Shown here piece after piece: positions 25,416-38,078 of a stretch of 64,000 nt of DNA. The notes below the pieces were generated by a model. The model did no database searches, was not told the DNA's origin, and worked only from the letters and a program-made list of their open reading frames with translations. Position 1 is the stretch's first letter; each line of letters starts with the position of its first letter. Both the position numbers and the translations under genes were made by a program. The DNA lies in assembly GCF_006345805.1 (NCBI RefSeq), contig NC_043011.1, positions 57,362,464 through 57,426,463 of the forward strand. Direction: 5' to 3'. The DNA comes from Octopus sinensis (taxonomy: Eukaryota).

Positions 25416-26507
25416 ATATATATATATATATATACTGTCGTAACTGTCCTGTTTTTACCATTTTTTACCCCTCTGCAAAAAGATCTCAGAATTTTAATTG
25501 ATTTGCTTTTCGCAGGAAGTAAAGTTTTCTTGCCGAAGATACGTCTCGCTTTTATCCTTCGAAACGTAGAGTAGATGAAACCTTTAGCGACTGAAGAAGG
25601 GGTTTTTCTTTGCGTTAATTGTCCTGTACACTATTTTTTTGCTGTTTTTAAATAAATGTCTAGTTCCTTTGGTTTGTGTCTATGTTTTCGTTTCTCATTG
25701 TGTTCGACGTCCTTTTGGTGTCCTGTACTCATATATGCGTGTATATGTACATGTAGAGGTAGGTACGTACATATATGTTTATATATATGCATATGTTTTA
25801 TTTTATTTATTAATGTATTATATATATATAGGCGTAAGAGAATATATTCTCAATGTCCTTGGTGTAAAAACACCTGAAAGCAAGTCATAGCCGAGCGAGA
25901 AGAACTCACATCAAGTCCTTTTCATTCGGAGCGACAGACATCGATGTTTCGGCATCTTTTTGACTTGTCAATGCCACATACTGAACAGGGTTTGCTGTGA
26001 GCTATCTAACCGGCTATGACTATATACTAAATGGTTTAAGAACCATCTGCTGGCATTACACCTAAAAACGCAGCCGCCCGAGGAACTAACAACACACGTA
26101 CCTCGTGTACATGCTCTCAACTTTGTTTAAATACGTCGAACTGCTTCTAATTCACATTTGAATATATATGTATGTCTGTATGCGTGCCTCTGTGTGTGTG
26201 CGTGTGTGTAAGTGTGATGCACATGTGTAAATGTGGTGCGTGTGTGTGTGTGTGTGTATTCTAGCAGGTCTAACTGCGAGAATGCAGCAGCTACGTAGAT
26301 ATATATTGCTATGGAACTAATTGAAATGGCGAGAAGAAAGAGCAAGGTACTTGCTTAAAAAGTTATCTAAGGAAATGCAGTTTGCACCTGTGATGCAAGA
26401 CAATTGATTGTACAGCATGTCACCTATGAGGTATAATTGCGGAATGAGTCGAGACAATTGTAGTGGATTTGAATAAAGAATCTCGTGAATTCCATTTTAT
26501 GTCTTTG

Positions 26508-26607
<100 letters not shown>

Positions 26608-26623
26608 GCATGTACACACACGC

Positions 26624-26677
<54 letters not shown>

Positions 26678-26679
26678 AG

Positions 26680-26845
26680 TAAGCACTTTCTCACAGTTCC
26701 AGTCTACCTTTATCACCCACGAGGCGTCGGTCGGTCGGAGGCTATAGTAGAAGCTATGTATGCGCTAGGTGCCGCGCCGCGGGACTGAACACGAAACTTA
26801 GTGATTACAAAGCGATCTTCTTTACCACATAGCCATGCTTGCATC
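26680..26845 (-). mobile_element. SINE B, 5' half (degenerate)
   Basis: ggctatagtagaag..gggactgaac..accacatagccatgc. Confidence 0.7.
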
Positions 26846-26920
26846 TATGTAGACAACTGCTAAAAAATGTCACCAATGTTAAAATTTTTCCATGAAGCTG
26901 AAAAAGAAAAAATGCCTATT

Positions 26921-27164
26921 AGTCCACAACTGTTTAACTTTCTGCCAGATATCCTTAGAGGTCTTCAAAGAACGTCTGGACAAACTTTTATCTGAGATAC
27001 CAGATGAACCCACATCACAGCAGGAGGCACTAACAAGAGTAGCACCGTCAAACTCGCAACTTCACCAGAAACAATATAGAAAAGAGACTCAAACACACGG
27101 AAAGGCAGTGCTCCAGGATGGCCTCAGCCTCTGGCTGAAATCCGTAAATGGTAAAAGATAAAAG
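26921..27164 (+). mobile_element. CR1-type LINE 3' end
   Basis: PQLFNFLPD / VFKERLDKLLSEIPDEP..SNS is a typical CR1 ORF2 C-terminus. It is followed by a short 3' UTR ending in TAAAAG repeats. Confidence 0.75.
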
Positions 27165-28578
27165 AATTGGTGCTAAAGCTTTGTACGATGCCATACGTAT
27201 GGACTTTCCGAGGCGCAATAAGCAAAATGTATTGGGATGTGTAATAGATGCAGATAATGGGGCCGTTCCCGTCAGCTTTGTTGAATTCTTATCAGAATTG
27301 TTGTCAAAGTGAATCACCGTGTCATGACTGAATCTGAAAGGAAACAACCAGATGACGACAGCTTCGATGTCTTTAATCAACGACATGTTTGATTAAACTG
27401 GGACTGATCTGGGCGAGAAGCAGCAAAAGCATTAAAATCAAGATGAAGAAAAACAAGAACAATGAAAGTATAAAAAATAGACAGCTTTCGAAATCGCATA
27501 TCAGCCATCGACTCGATAGATTAACGAGGTTTGGTAAGTGTTTAGAGTTAATGGAATCGGATTTGTGGAGGAGTTTTGGGTTTGACAGAGTCTGTTGACC
27601 TCCTGTGGTTTCATTTCCCTGTTATCCTGTCATTTCCAAAGGCATTGGTTGGAAAGTGTAAATCCCAACTGACATTGTTGCAGATGAAGTAGCGGAGAGG
27701 ATGGGTGGGTGTTAATTTAAAGGTGATATAATAAATATTTCTGAAGAAAGATTCTGGCTTCAGTTTATAATCTTGACTTCAGTTTTAACGGATAGAATAA
27801 ACTGCTTGGAATAATATGCAGAAAATGTCGGTTTATCCCAGGAGAATCGGTTTCAAAATCCGATGAAGTGAAGACAGGTTGGAAAGAAATATCATCCGGC
27901 TACATCTAGCCACCTCCTGACACGCAGGGACACACGTACGTGTTTGTATGTATGCTTATATGTATGTACTATGTATATATGCAAGTATGTATATATGCAA
28001 GTATGTATATATGCAAGTATGTATGTATGTATGTATGTATGTATGTATGTATGTATGTATGTATGTATGTATGTATGTATGTATGTATGTATGTATATAT
28101 GTATGTATGTATGCATGCAGGCATGCAAGTATGTATGTATACGTATGGAACTATTTGTCTGTCTGTCTATATATCTATCAATCTATTTATCTACCTATCA
28201 CTCTGTATCTCAATCGATATATGTATTTATGTATGCGTGTATATTTATGTATCTATGTGTGTGTATGTAACTATTTCATACGAACGCACTCGACACTATA
28301 TATTCATACATGCACAAATACAGGTGCAAAGACATAATCCTAAGAGCAAAGGTAGAAAGACAACGGACCGAACAAGCACAAAGCAACGTGTTCTTACTAG
28401 AGCAGGAATATTGAAGAGGGTGGAATAACGTGAGCGTTAGAGTATGACGTAAGCCCTCTGCTGAGTCGAGATGCTAAGTCTGCGACACGTATGGCCATAA
28501 TCTCCTTGGGAATAGAACCTGCCTATCAACAATGCAAATGTACTGAAAGCATGATATATAGATATAACTATTTCAATA

Positions 28579-29452
28579 TTCTAGGCACAAGACCCGAAAT
28601 GTTTGGGGAGGGGGCCGGTCAGTTAGATCGACCCCAGTACACAACTGGTACTTAATTTATCGACTCCGAAAGAATGAAAGGCAAAGTCTACCTCGGCGGA
28701 ATTTGAACTAAGATAACTATTTTAATATTGCTTCTACTGCGTATTGCGGGTTTTTATTCAGATAGGCGACAAATTCCGCCGAGGTTTGACTTTACTTTTA
28801 ATCCTTTCGGTGTAGGAAAAAATAAATACCAGTTGAGTACTGGGGTCGATGTAATCGTCCTCACCAAAAGATTGCCGGCATGTACCCAAATTTTAAATAT
28901 ATATGTGTGTGAGTGTGTGTGTGTGTGTGTGTGTGTATTAGACTGGGGCCATGCTGGAGCACCACCCAGAGAAATTTTAGTAGAACGAATCGACCCCAGT
29001 ACTTATTTTCTTTTAAGCCTGATGCTTATTATAACAGTCCTTTTTGCTGAACCGCTAGGTCACGGGGATGTAAACACACCAACACCTGTTGTCAAGCGGT
29101 GATAGGACAAACACACACACACACACGATGGCTTTCTTTCAGTTACCGTCTACCAAATCCATTCACAAGGCTTTGGTTAGTTAATAGTAGAAGATACTTG
29201 CGCAAGGTGCCATGCAGTGGGACTGAACCCGGACCACACAGCCACGCCCGCGCCTATATAATGTACGAATATATTGAATGGATTATTGATTATTTGCAAT
29301 ATGTCTCGGCACACAAATTCCGCCGAGGCCGAATTTGCCTTTTATCCTTTCGGGATCAATAAATTAAGTACCAGTGGCGTACTGGGGTTGATCTAATCGA
29401 CTGGCCCTCCCCCCCAAAAAAATTTCAGACCTTGTGGCTAGAGTAGAAAAGA
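28579..29452. mobile_element. SINE cluster: A (-) 28579-28710, A fragment (+) 28770-28890, B (-) 28940-29255, A (+) 29313-29452
   Basis: Family motifs are present. TSDs ataactattt(c/t)aatatt flank the first and aatatgtctcgg flank the last. Confidence 0.85.
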
Positions 29453-31592
29453 ATATGTCTCGGAATATTCGAACAGGAGCACTTGTCATCAACCTGTTGT
29501 GAAGACTGTCTTTGTTGTAGAACTCGAACAATATGTGGTATCCTATTACTATTTAGCACTGTGGCTACAAATCGCGCGCAAACAAATGTTGAGGCCATTA
29601 CGACTGCGATTGGTAAATGTCTATATACTTCCCTGAATTAAAATATTTTCATTTTGGCCTCGTTGCTCGATATGCATTAACTGATAATTTTGATTTTCTT
29701 TCATAATATTTCCTCTGCTTCAATATTTATTTTTTAAAGGACACATTAAAAAATCTGTTTTGTTAAATTTTATTATGGCAACCCTTTAAATTATTTCGTC
29801 AATTCCATTAAGAATTATGAAAATCATGACGTAATTTCCAAATATGAATATAGTTAAGAATCCTACAAAGAAGAAAAAACAATATCATTCTATAAACTAT
29901 TTAACAATGTGCGAAAGGAAAGCTAGCTGGTCACGTGCTCTTTAAATTACTTTGCATTGTATTTTTTCCTTTTTCTCAAGCTGTGTAGAATCACTTCAAT
30001 CATTTTTATCTTTATTTTTTACATACGTGTTACTCAAGAACATTCATTAAACGTTCCAAACTAAAACAGCAATAAAAAAGAGAAGCAAAATTTTAAAAAA
30101 TAAAACAGTAAAAGAGTGTTCTTTCAAACATAAGAAGGCAGAAGAACTCCTCTTGTTCCTTATCGTCAGTCAAACACTTTTCTCTGGCAAATCACTTTAA
30201 ATTCCTGTACTTTTTGTTTAATCAAAACTTGTCATATGTTTTAGGTCACACCGCAGAAGTAATTCAGACAGATTTGTGGAATAAAAATGGAGAAAACTCA
30301 GTGAATTTCATCATCTATATTTTATGCAAAATCCAATTAATTGAACTAATTTCGACCTGACATTCATTCGTCTCTTACACGTCTGTGTCTGTATTAAAGA
30401 GATCTGCACGGAAATGAAGCATATCGACTTCTGTCTGGATTATCAACACAGCCGTTGGCTTCTACAGATGAAACTAGTTACAAGGTAGTCTGAATAGACT
30501 GATTAAATCAATCTGTACTTTAGAACTTACAAGATCTACCACCAATAGTATTTGGAGGTTTGTCGGAGAACGTTTTGTAAGAAGTGAGCATACAGTAATA
30601 AAAAAAATGGCGACGCTGCATCAAGCCATAATTGAAAAACCATTACGCATTACTTACTGATGTCATTAATGGAACTGGGGAAAAAAAATCATGGAGATTA
30701 TAATTCCAGTTTCTCAATCACCGAACGATTTTCGGATATCGCTTCTTTCTGTATCTTGCCTAAAAGAATCCAATATATCTGAATATGTTGTGGCGAACAC
30801 CATGAAGCAAGAAGTGAAATACCTGGTTAACGGAAATGCGCAAAACCATTTCAATTATCGGAAAACATATCACCTGTTAACGCCTACGCCATCACTTTGG
30901 AGAGGGCCGAAATATTTATGTAATATTTACTGAAATTTGTTTACTGAAGACGTTTGTTTAATGTAAAATATTTGCTTCCTTATGTGTACGTTCAGACTCT
31001 CATTCTCACATAAATGCAAATGTATATATGTTATTACATCTGCCCTCGTTTATTACAGGTATTTAGTTAAAACAAACTCCATCGCATTAAATGAGCCAGC
31101 GAGAAATGAATAATAGAACACATGGGGAAAACAGGTTTTGTTACGAGACCCCAAGTTGTTCTGAGCATTGTTGGTTGCTGGGGCATACATTTGCGGTCCA
31201 AGCAGTATCTTTGATTGATCATCTATCCCTGTTACTACGGACCAATTCGTGATAAGCGCAACACGGTTCGCAATGAACTTACTGTGTTATCTCGGATCAG
31301 TGGTGAATGAACCACTGATAAATAAGGATAGACGTAATTCTGCAACAACGGCCAGGCATTATAAATGTTGACGTTGAAATAAATACATTGACAGAACCGT
31401 GAGGACAGTTTTCATTTCGACTCATTCATTATGTTCTGAGATTAACTTTACCTTTCATATTTCTGGGATCAATTAGAATAAAGATTAGGTTGGGAGACAA
31501 CATCATCAATTGTTTCACTCCGCCAAATTAATGGCCTTATGTCTATAACAGAAATATTGCAATTTCTTGCATGCAATAACATTCTTCAAACC

Positions 31593-31800
31593 TAAGGCGA
31601 CGAGATCACAGAATCGTTACCGCACCGGAAAAATGCTTAGTGGCATTTCTCCCGACTTCAACTGGTGCCGGGGTCGGCTTTGCTTTTATCCTTTCGGAGT
31701 TGATAAAATAAGTACCAGTTGTGGACTAGAGTCGATGTAATCGTCTTAGCCATTCCCCTCAAATTGCTGCCTATGTGGCAAAATTTGAAGCCATTATCCT
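31593..31800 (+). mobile_element. Degenerate SINE A
   Basis: aaggcgacgagatcacagaatcgtta..ctttcggagttgataaaataagtaccag. Confidence 0.75.
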
Positions 31801-32019
31801 TCAAATGTAAACAAACCTTAGAGAGCGATTAAACTTTCGCTTTTGTTGTTTCCTTCTCGCAAGAGCGCCAGAAGCGATAAAGAGCAGATGTCATAAAGTT
31901 AAAACGGATTAACACGTCTCTTCCCTTGGAAAAGGTGCAGAGGTCGATTGTATGGTGTAAATCCCACAGCAGGGTTCTTAAATCGGAGTACCCTAAGTGC
32001 GACGTAAGCAAGTTTTGTC

Positions 32020-32260
32020 TTGAATGCTGGGACTCATGGGACCGGATATCCGGTTTCTGTGGTGATCGAAATCACAAAATTCCCCAGAATGAGACGAACA
32101 CCAAACCATCAGACGGTTACCGATTTACAGCCGAGTGGACTGCTGCCACGTGAAATGAAGTATTTTCCGCCAAGAGCACAACGCAGCACCTCGTCCGAGA
32201 AGCGAAACCACGATCTTCCGATCGTAAGTTCAACGTTTTAACCAATAGGCCACGCGCATT
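32020..32260 (-). mobile_element. tRNA/CORE-like SINE related to family C, with a different body
   Basis: Head GCGCGTGGCCTATTGGTTA..GTGGTTTCGCTTC and CORE-like CTCTTGGCGGAAAATACTTCATTTCAC. Confidence 0.65.
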
Positions 32261-32559
32261 TACTGGGTGAGGTGAAGAGGAATGATAAGAATTGGAGTGA
32301 AGTAGTTTCAACTGGGAATCGAAACTGCATCGTTGATTTGGTTGGTCAATATCTTACCTCTTTGTGGACTGCTGCTGGTCACAAAGTAAAGCGTTAAAGG
32401 TAAACGCCGTATGTGAATGAAACCGTTCGTTGAACGTAGAAAATGGTCAGATCTTTCTCTTCCCGCTCCATCACCGTTTGAACTCATTATTACCGAACGA
32501 TGCTTCAAGCAGGAAGACTTACATTACAGGCAGCAATTAAATATTCTTGCTCGATGCAT

Positions 32560-33244
32560 CACTTTCACCACCACCGCCGACAAAACCACCGCCGCCACAA
32601 CGCTGCTCTCCCTTTCCTCTCCTCCTCCTCCTTCTCTCCTCCTCCTCCTCCTCCTCCTCCACTTCCCCCATCTCCTCTTCTTCTCCTCCTCTCCTCCTCC
32701 TCCTCTTCTCCCCACCCTCCCCCTCCTCCTCCCCTCCTGCCCCTCTCCTCCTCCTCCCCTCCTTCTCCTCCTCTCCACCCTCCTCCTCCTCAGCGCCATC
32801 ATCTTCATAAATCGTGGTCGTCGTCGCCGTCGTCGTAAACATCGTCATTATCATCACCACGCCCACTTCCACTCCATCATCATCCTCATCCTCATCATCA
32901 TCTAGAACAACATCATCCATAATAGTAGCATCAATAGCAAGGTTTTTATTTTTTTTTTCCAATTCCTTTGGGAAATCTGCTTTCTATTATTATTATTATT
33001 ATCATTATTATTATTATTATTATTATTATTACTCGTATCAATCATTTGCAAGGTACATGGTTTTCGATTTTTCTTTCCATTTTCCCAGTTTAAAAAAAAT
33101 AATTAAAAGCTTTCAAATTAATTATAATTAAGGTTCACTCACATCGCTCTCATTTATAAAATGTTACGCAAGGATTGTCGAACATTGGGTACGATATCCT
33201 CCTCCTCCTCCTGCTCCTCGCCTTTCTCCTCCTTCTCCTCATCT

Positions 33245-33292
<48 letters not shown>

Positions 33293-33400
33293 CAACACCG
33301 TCGCCGCCACCACCACCACCATCACCTCCACAACTACCACAACGACGACCAACAACATCGTCATCAACGACACCACCACCACCACCACCACCACTACCAA
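32560..33400. repeat. Compound trinucleotide low-complexity tract (CCT, CAT, TAT, ACT, CAC)
   Basis: Direct reading. It explains the poly-P/S/E/H ORFs. Confidence 0.9.
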
Positions 33401-33837
33401 CACTGATTATAGTAATGTATTCTGATGTAGAAACGGGCCAAGAAATTAGTTGGATGGGTATGTGTGTGGGTGTGCGGCGGTGTTGGGGTGGGGTTCAGTC
33501 GATTAAGTCGACCCCAGTACATGACTGGTTCTTTCTTTTATCAACATCGTAGAGACAAAGCTGATTTGTATTGAGAACAATTAAGGACGAGAGAAAACGC
33601 GGCAACGCATCTTCCGAACGTTCTATAACGACTTTGAACAATCAGATCAATCAACGTTTAATAATTTCTGGTGTAAGCATTACTGGACCACAGTAGATCA
33701 CTGGTACTTTATTTTATTAACCCCAGGAGGATGTAAGGCAAGCATGAGCATGACAGGATGGATTTGAACACAGAATGTAAGGAGTCACAACCCCCCCCCA
33801 AAAAAAAAAACCTGCAGAATATTTCCGATTTTCTCTG

Positions 33838-33975
33838 ACAGGTTTGGTTGTGTGGTAAGAAATTTTCTTCCCGACCTAATGGTTCCGGGTTCAGTCCCAC
33901 TGCGTAGCACTTTGGGCAAATATTTTCTAGTATAGCTCCAGGTTGACCAAAGACTTGCGAGTGGATTTACGACGT
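33838..33975 (+). mobile_element. SINE B, 5' half
   Basis: ggttccgggttcagtcccactgcgtagcactttgggcaaat. Confidence 0.8.
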
Positions 33976-34589
33976 GTATATATATATATATATATATATG
34001 AGTGTATGTGTGCGAGCGCGCTCACACACATTATACATGAGTTATATTTCGCCGTGCCGTTTTTTCTTTTCAAAGTTGTATTACTTCCTTGCCTTCGACT
34101 CATCAGGTAGATTTTCAGACCCGGCTCTGACCTACAAATTCTATAGCTGATCACCCATATTCACCCATATTCACGAACTCATCAAATCTTACACTGACAC
34201 ATGCTTGTGTGACACGATCACCACTTTCTAAATATTGGAGGCTTTTAAACTAGGAACAAACAAACACAATAAATAAATAAATAAATAAATGGAAAGAAAA
34301 ACGTAAAGAGGACCTGGAACTACAAACAACAATTTTCAAGTCAATATAATATTTAGAAAATTCCACAGCTACACAAACAAACCTTTTCGCTCTTCTTATT
34401 GTAGCCGTCTCACTGGATTCCGAAATTTAATTACACCTTAATCCCGATTGTTTGAAAATTATTTTTAATCAGTTTTCGTGCGTTCAACCATCTTTTTACA
34501 TGAAATCCTTAAATTAGCCATATTTATTGCCCGCTTCTTCCAACCAAAATAATCAGTGGAATGTTGTTTTCTTTAAATTACGCACTTCC

Positions 34590-34743
34590 AGATAATAATA
34601 ATCAATAACAACAACACCAACAACAACAACAACAACAATAATAATAATAATAATAATGATAATAATAATAACAACAACAATAATAATGGTAATAATGATA
34701 ATAATTATAATAATAATAATAATAATATTATAATAATAATAAC

Positions 34744-34778
<35 letters not shown>

Positions 34779-34907
34779 CATAATAATAATGGTAATAGAT
34801 AATAATAATAATGATAATAATAATAATAATAATTATAATATAATAATAATAATAACAACAACAATAATAATAATGGTAATAATGATAATAATAATAATAA
34901 TAAATAA

Positions 34908-34962
<55 letters not shown>

Positions 34963-35100
34963 ATAATAGTAATAATATAACAACAATAATAACAACAATA
35001 ATAATAATGATAATAATGATAATAATATAATAATAATAGTAATAATAACAACAACAATAATAATAATGATAATAATGATAATAATATTAATAATGATATA
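34590..35100. repeat. ~500-bp imperfect (AAT)n/(AAC)n tract
   Basis: Direct reading. Confidence 0.95.
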
Positions 35101-35399
35101 GAACACCCTTTTCCACATCTGATAATATTTTCCCTTCACTCTCTTCCCTTGTTACTATACGCTCTTAAAGTATAATCTTTAATTCTCCATTAATGATATA
35201 ATTGTTAAGAGAGCATTCATAGCATAATGTTTAACAGGACTACATAAACAAGCTACGAAACCATAAACAAACTGATATTCGCCCCGCGATTGGTGCGTTG
35301 TGTTTTTAGGTACACATACACACACACATCATATATGCATAAATATAAATATGGAGGCAATTATGCGGATAAACAAATTAGATATATATAACAGTTTGG

Positions 35400-35565
35400 A
35401 TTTGACAGATATTTGTCCTCATCTTGTTTGTTGTTAACACAACGTTTCAGCTGATATACCCTACAGCCTTCATCAGGTGTCTTGGGGAAATTTCGAACCT
35501 GGGTTCTCATTCCTAAGGTATTTTTCGACATTATTATTATTATATTATTATTATTATTATTATTA

Positions 35566-35609
<44 letters not shown>

Positions 35610-35702
35610 TCACTGCCTAGAATCGAACTCGGAATCTTGGGGTTAGTAGCCTGCGCTCTTCACCACTATGCGATATGCCCTCATCTCTTAAATGTAGAAC
35701 TG
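35400..35702 (-). mobile_element. tRNA-headed, hammerhead-containing short element, copy 1
   Basis: tRNA-like head at 35606-35680 with A and B boxes, (AAT)n spacer, hammerhead at 35436-35481. TSD tataacagtttgg at 35387-35399 and 35703-35715. Confidence 0.85.
35436..35481 (-). ncRNA. Minimal type I hammerhead ribozyme
   Basis: GACAC [CTGATGA] A-GGCTG-TAGGGTATAT-CAGCT [GAAA] CG [TT] GTGTT, with palindrome AACGTT. Confidence 0.75.
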
Positions 35703-36018
35703 TATAACAGTTTGGGTATGAAATACAAAATATGTATATATGTAGTCACTTTTTGCTTTCTCTCGTTGTGCATGTATACATATATACTAGATATTTTGTA
35801 TTTCATACCGAGACTGTTATATTTGATATATCTAATCTGCTCAACTTGATCCCTCTTATAGCCATTTATTATCCCATGGAGTTGATCTCCTGTAAAGACA
35901 TCGGGGTCTAAGTTTGAATCATTTGAGCACTAGTGTCTTCTATACCGAGAATCTCTGGATCTCATCTGTGGACTATATAAACAGAAATGTGTGTGTGTGT
36001 GTCTGTGTGTGTGTACAG

Positions 36019-36182
36019 TATTTCATTGAAGCCGAAAAATCTTTACAAACTATTACTAGAGTTTTCACGTAACCGTTTATCAAACAGTTGTGTTAATTAA
36101 TCTGAATTATCACAACTGTCCGAGGAAAACACGAAAAACTTACGTAAAAGCTTACGAAGATTTTTTTGACTTCAATGAAATA
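36019..36182. mobile_element. MITE-like hairpin element
   Basis: TIRs tatttcattgaagccgaaaaatctt / aagatttttttgacttcaatgaaata. The interior is also partly palindromic. Confidence 0.7.
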
Positions 36183-36267
36183 GTATTTTAATCTACCTTT
36201 GTTATTCTAGTACAGTTTTTCCACTTTGGTTTGCACCTACTTATATACATACTTTCGTGCATACATA

Positions 36268-36322
<55 letters not shown>

Positions 36323-36368
36323 TACGCACACACACACACACACGCGCGCACACATACACACACATGTG

Positions 36369-37029
36369 AGTTATCTATATAGATTATGTATGGAATTCAG
36401 AGGCAGTACTCTAAGTCACGACGGTTTGTAAACAAATATGTTTATGTAAACAGTGCGATTGAAGATAGAAAAATAGGTAATGGGTGTATATGCATATTTC
36501 GAGGGTTATTGTCATCTCATTAGCATCTCTTGTAACCTATCAACTACCCATGAACACGTTGCTTAAATACCCACTTGGTTTAATGCGATTTCAGAATTGG
36601 ATAGACCAATATGAATGTTAAACACATTCCTGGTTGCAGGTACCTATGTACAATCACTGGTCGTCATAGGTACGTATATTTAATTGCTGGCAGTAGTTCG
36701 TTTTGTTACCATAATATATTACTGAGAGTATATCATAGGTTTCTTAAGTCAATGGTGTGTCCTACCGTGTGTTAGCAGTGCTTTTAATTTTATTTTAACT
36801 TAAAGATTTTCCATAGAATTCAGAGCCTCGTATAACCTAGTGGGTATTTAAAAGATGTGTTCGTGCTAAGTTGATGGGTTGGATGAAATGCTGATGAGAG
36901 GACAATTATTCCTGAAATGTGCATATACACCTATTACCTATTTTTCTGTTTTCAATCACATTCTTTATATAGACGTAACTGTTTACAAAATATCCCCCTG
37001 AATTCTACAGGAAATGTATACAGATAACT
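36369..37029. repeat. Long inverted repeat (~220-bp arms), each arm containing a hammerhead motif
   Basis: Arms ~36369-36600 and ~36815-37029. HHR on - at 36483-36527 and on + at 36887-36931. Confidence 0.85.
36887..36931 (+). ncRNA. Type I hammerhead motif (partly decayed)
   Basis: AATG [CTGATGA] G-AGGA-CAATTAT-TCCT [GAAA] TGTGCATA [TA] CACC. The mirror copy reads CTAATGA..CCTC GAAA TATGCATA TA CACC. Confidence 0.6.
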
Positions 37030-38002
37030 GGGTTTTTATACCGTTGCTATTCCGAGTTTTAAGATGTCCCCTTTTAATACCATATACATTATAATCTATG
37101 GTCTATCCAGTTGGTCCAAAGTTTTGAGGAGTGTGGAACCAATTTTTAACCACTATTTTATCAGGTCTACTTTGTCTCAGTTGCAGAACCTGTTAGGGTT
37201 CCAGCTATGGGTTAAGAAACATGGTATGAAATTTTCTCTCTCGAAGGCTACTCAAAGACACCTGAAAAAGATTCTGAGCAAATGAGGCCCTTCTGCTCTT
37301 TAGCTGCAGAATACAAATCCCGTATTCTAATAACTACTGGGTTTGTAACACTTGATGCACCAGGCCAATACAGGTTTGAAAGACGAGAGAAAGGGAATGG
37401 CTCTGGAAAATCTATGCTCATGATGATAAAAATAATAATAATATTCATCGTGCAGGTTGTTTGAAAACCAAGACATCAGCATCAACACCATCACATTCTT
37501 CAGAATTCCTGTGGTGGTCAGGACAAAGATGACAGGGACATGCCAAGGATGCTAGTAGAAGTCTTCAGTTTGGACTCTGCACACAGGCGGCCGCAGGGTG
37601 ATGGTTGTTTTCTACAGACCCGGAGCAGATGTATAGTTCCCATTCGTCAAAGTGACTACAGAATCTGGCAACGTGTCGAAGGCAGGGCTGTAAAGGATGA
37701 AACTCTAGAATACGTAATGTAAAATTAGCATTTAACATATGATATGACGGTAGACAAAGGTGATAGGTAATAAGGATAAAACTAAAATTAAAAGGAAACA
37801 GAATAAAGTATATGTGAAACTTTGGCATATAGTCGATGTAGATGGGGAGAGAAAATGCGCCTGTCTGCCACTCGCGAACGAGTGCGATCTAGTGGTTGGT
37901 ACCAAACTTTCACGACTGGTTTTATGTGGTTGTGTAGTCGCGTGTAGACATAGGCACCGTCTCGATCTTCTCTCACTCAATCCAGTGAAACATCGAACAT
38001 TT

Positions 38003-38078
<76 letters not shown>

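Noticed and set aside
27048-27386. 112-aa minus-strand ORF with an acceptor-like site
   Set aside because: It runs into the antisense of a CR1 fragment, has no recognisable domain and no strong donor.
32308-32508. Minus-strand ORF with a GTAAG donor-like site
   Set aside because: Single splice-like motif with no homology or partner exons.
32417-33552. Poly-P/S/E/H ORFs
   Set aside because: Trinucleotide low-complexity tracts open on both strands. Not protein-like.
34040-34112. Minus-strand CTGATGA-GTCG..CGGC-GAAA
   Set aside because: Stem II is present but no stem I partner follows a valid NUH. Too decayed to call.
35606-35680. Functional tRNA gene
   Set aside because: Acceptor and T stems do not pair properly and it lies within a TSD-bounded repeat. 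It is a SINE-type head, as are the heads of families A-D.
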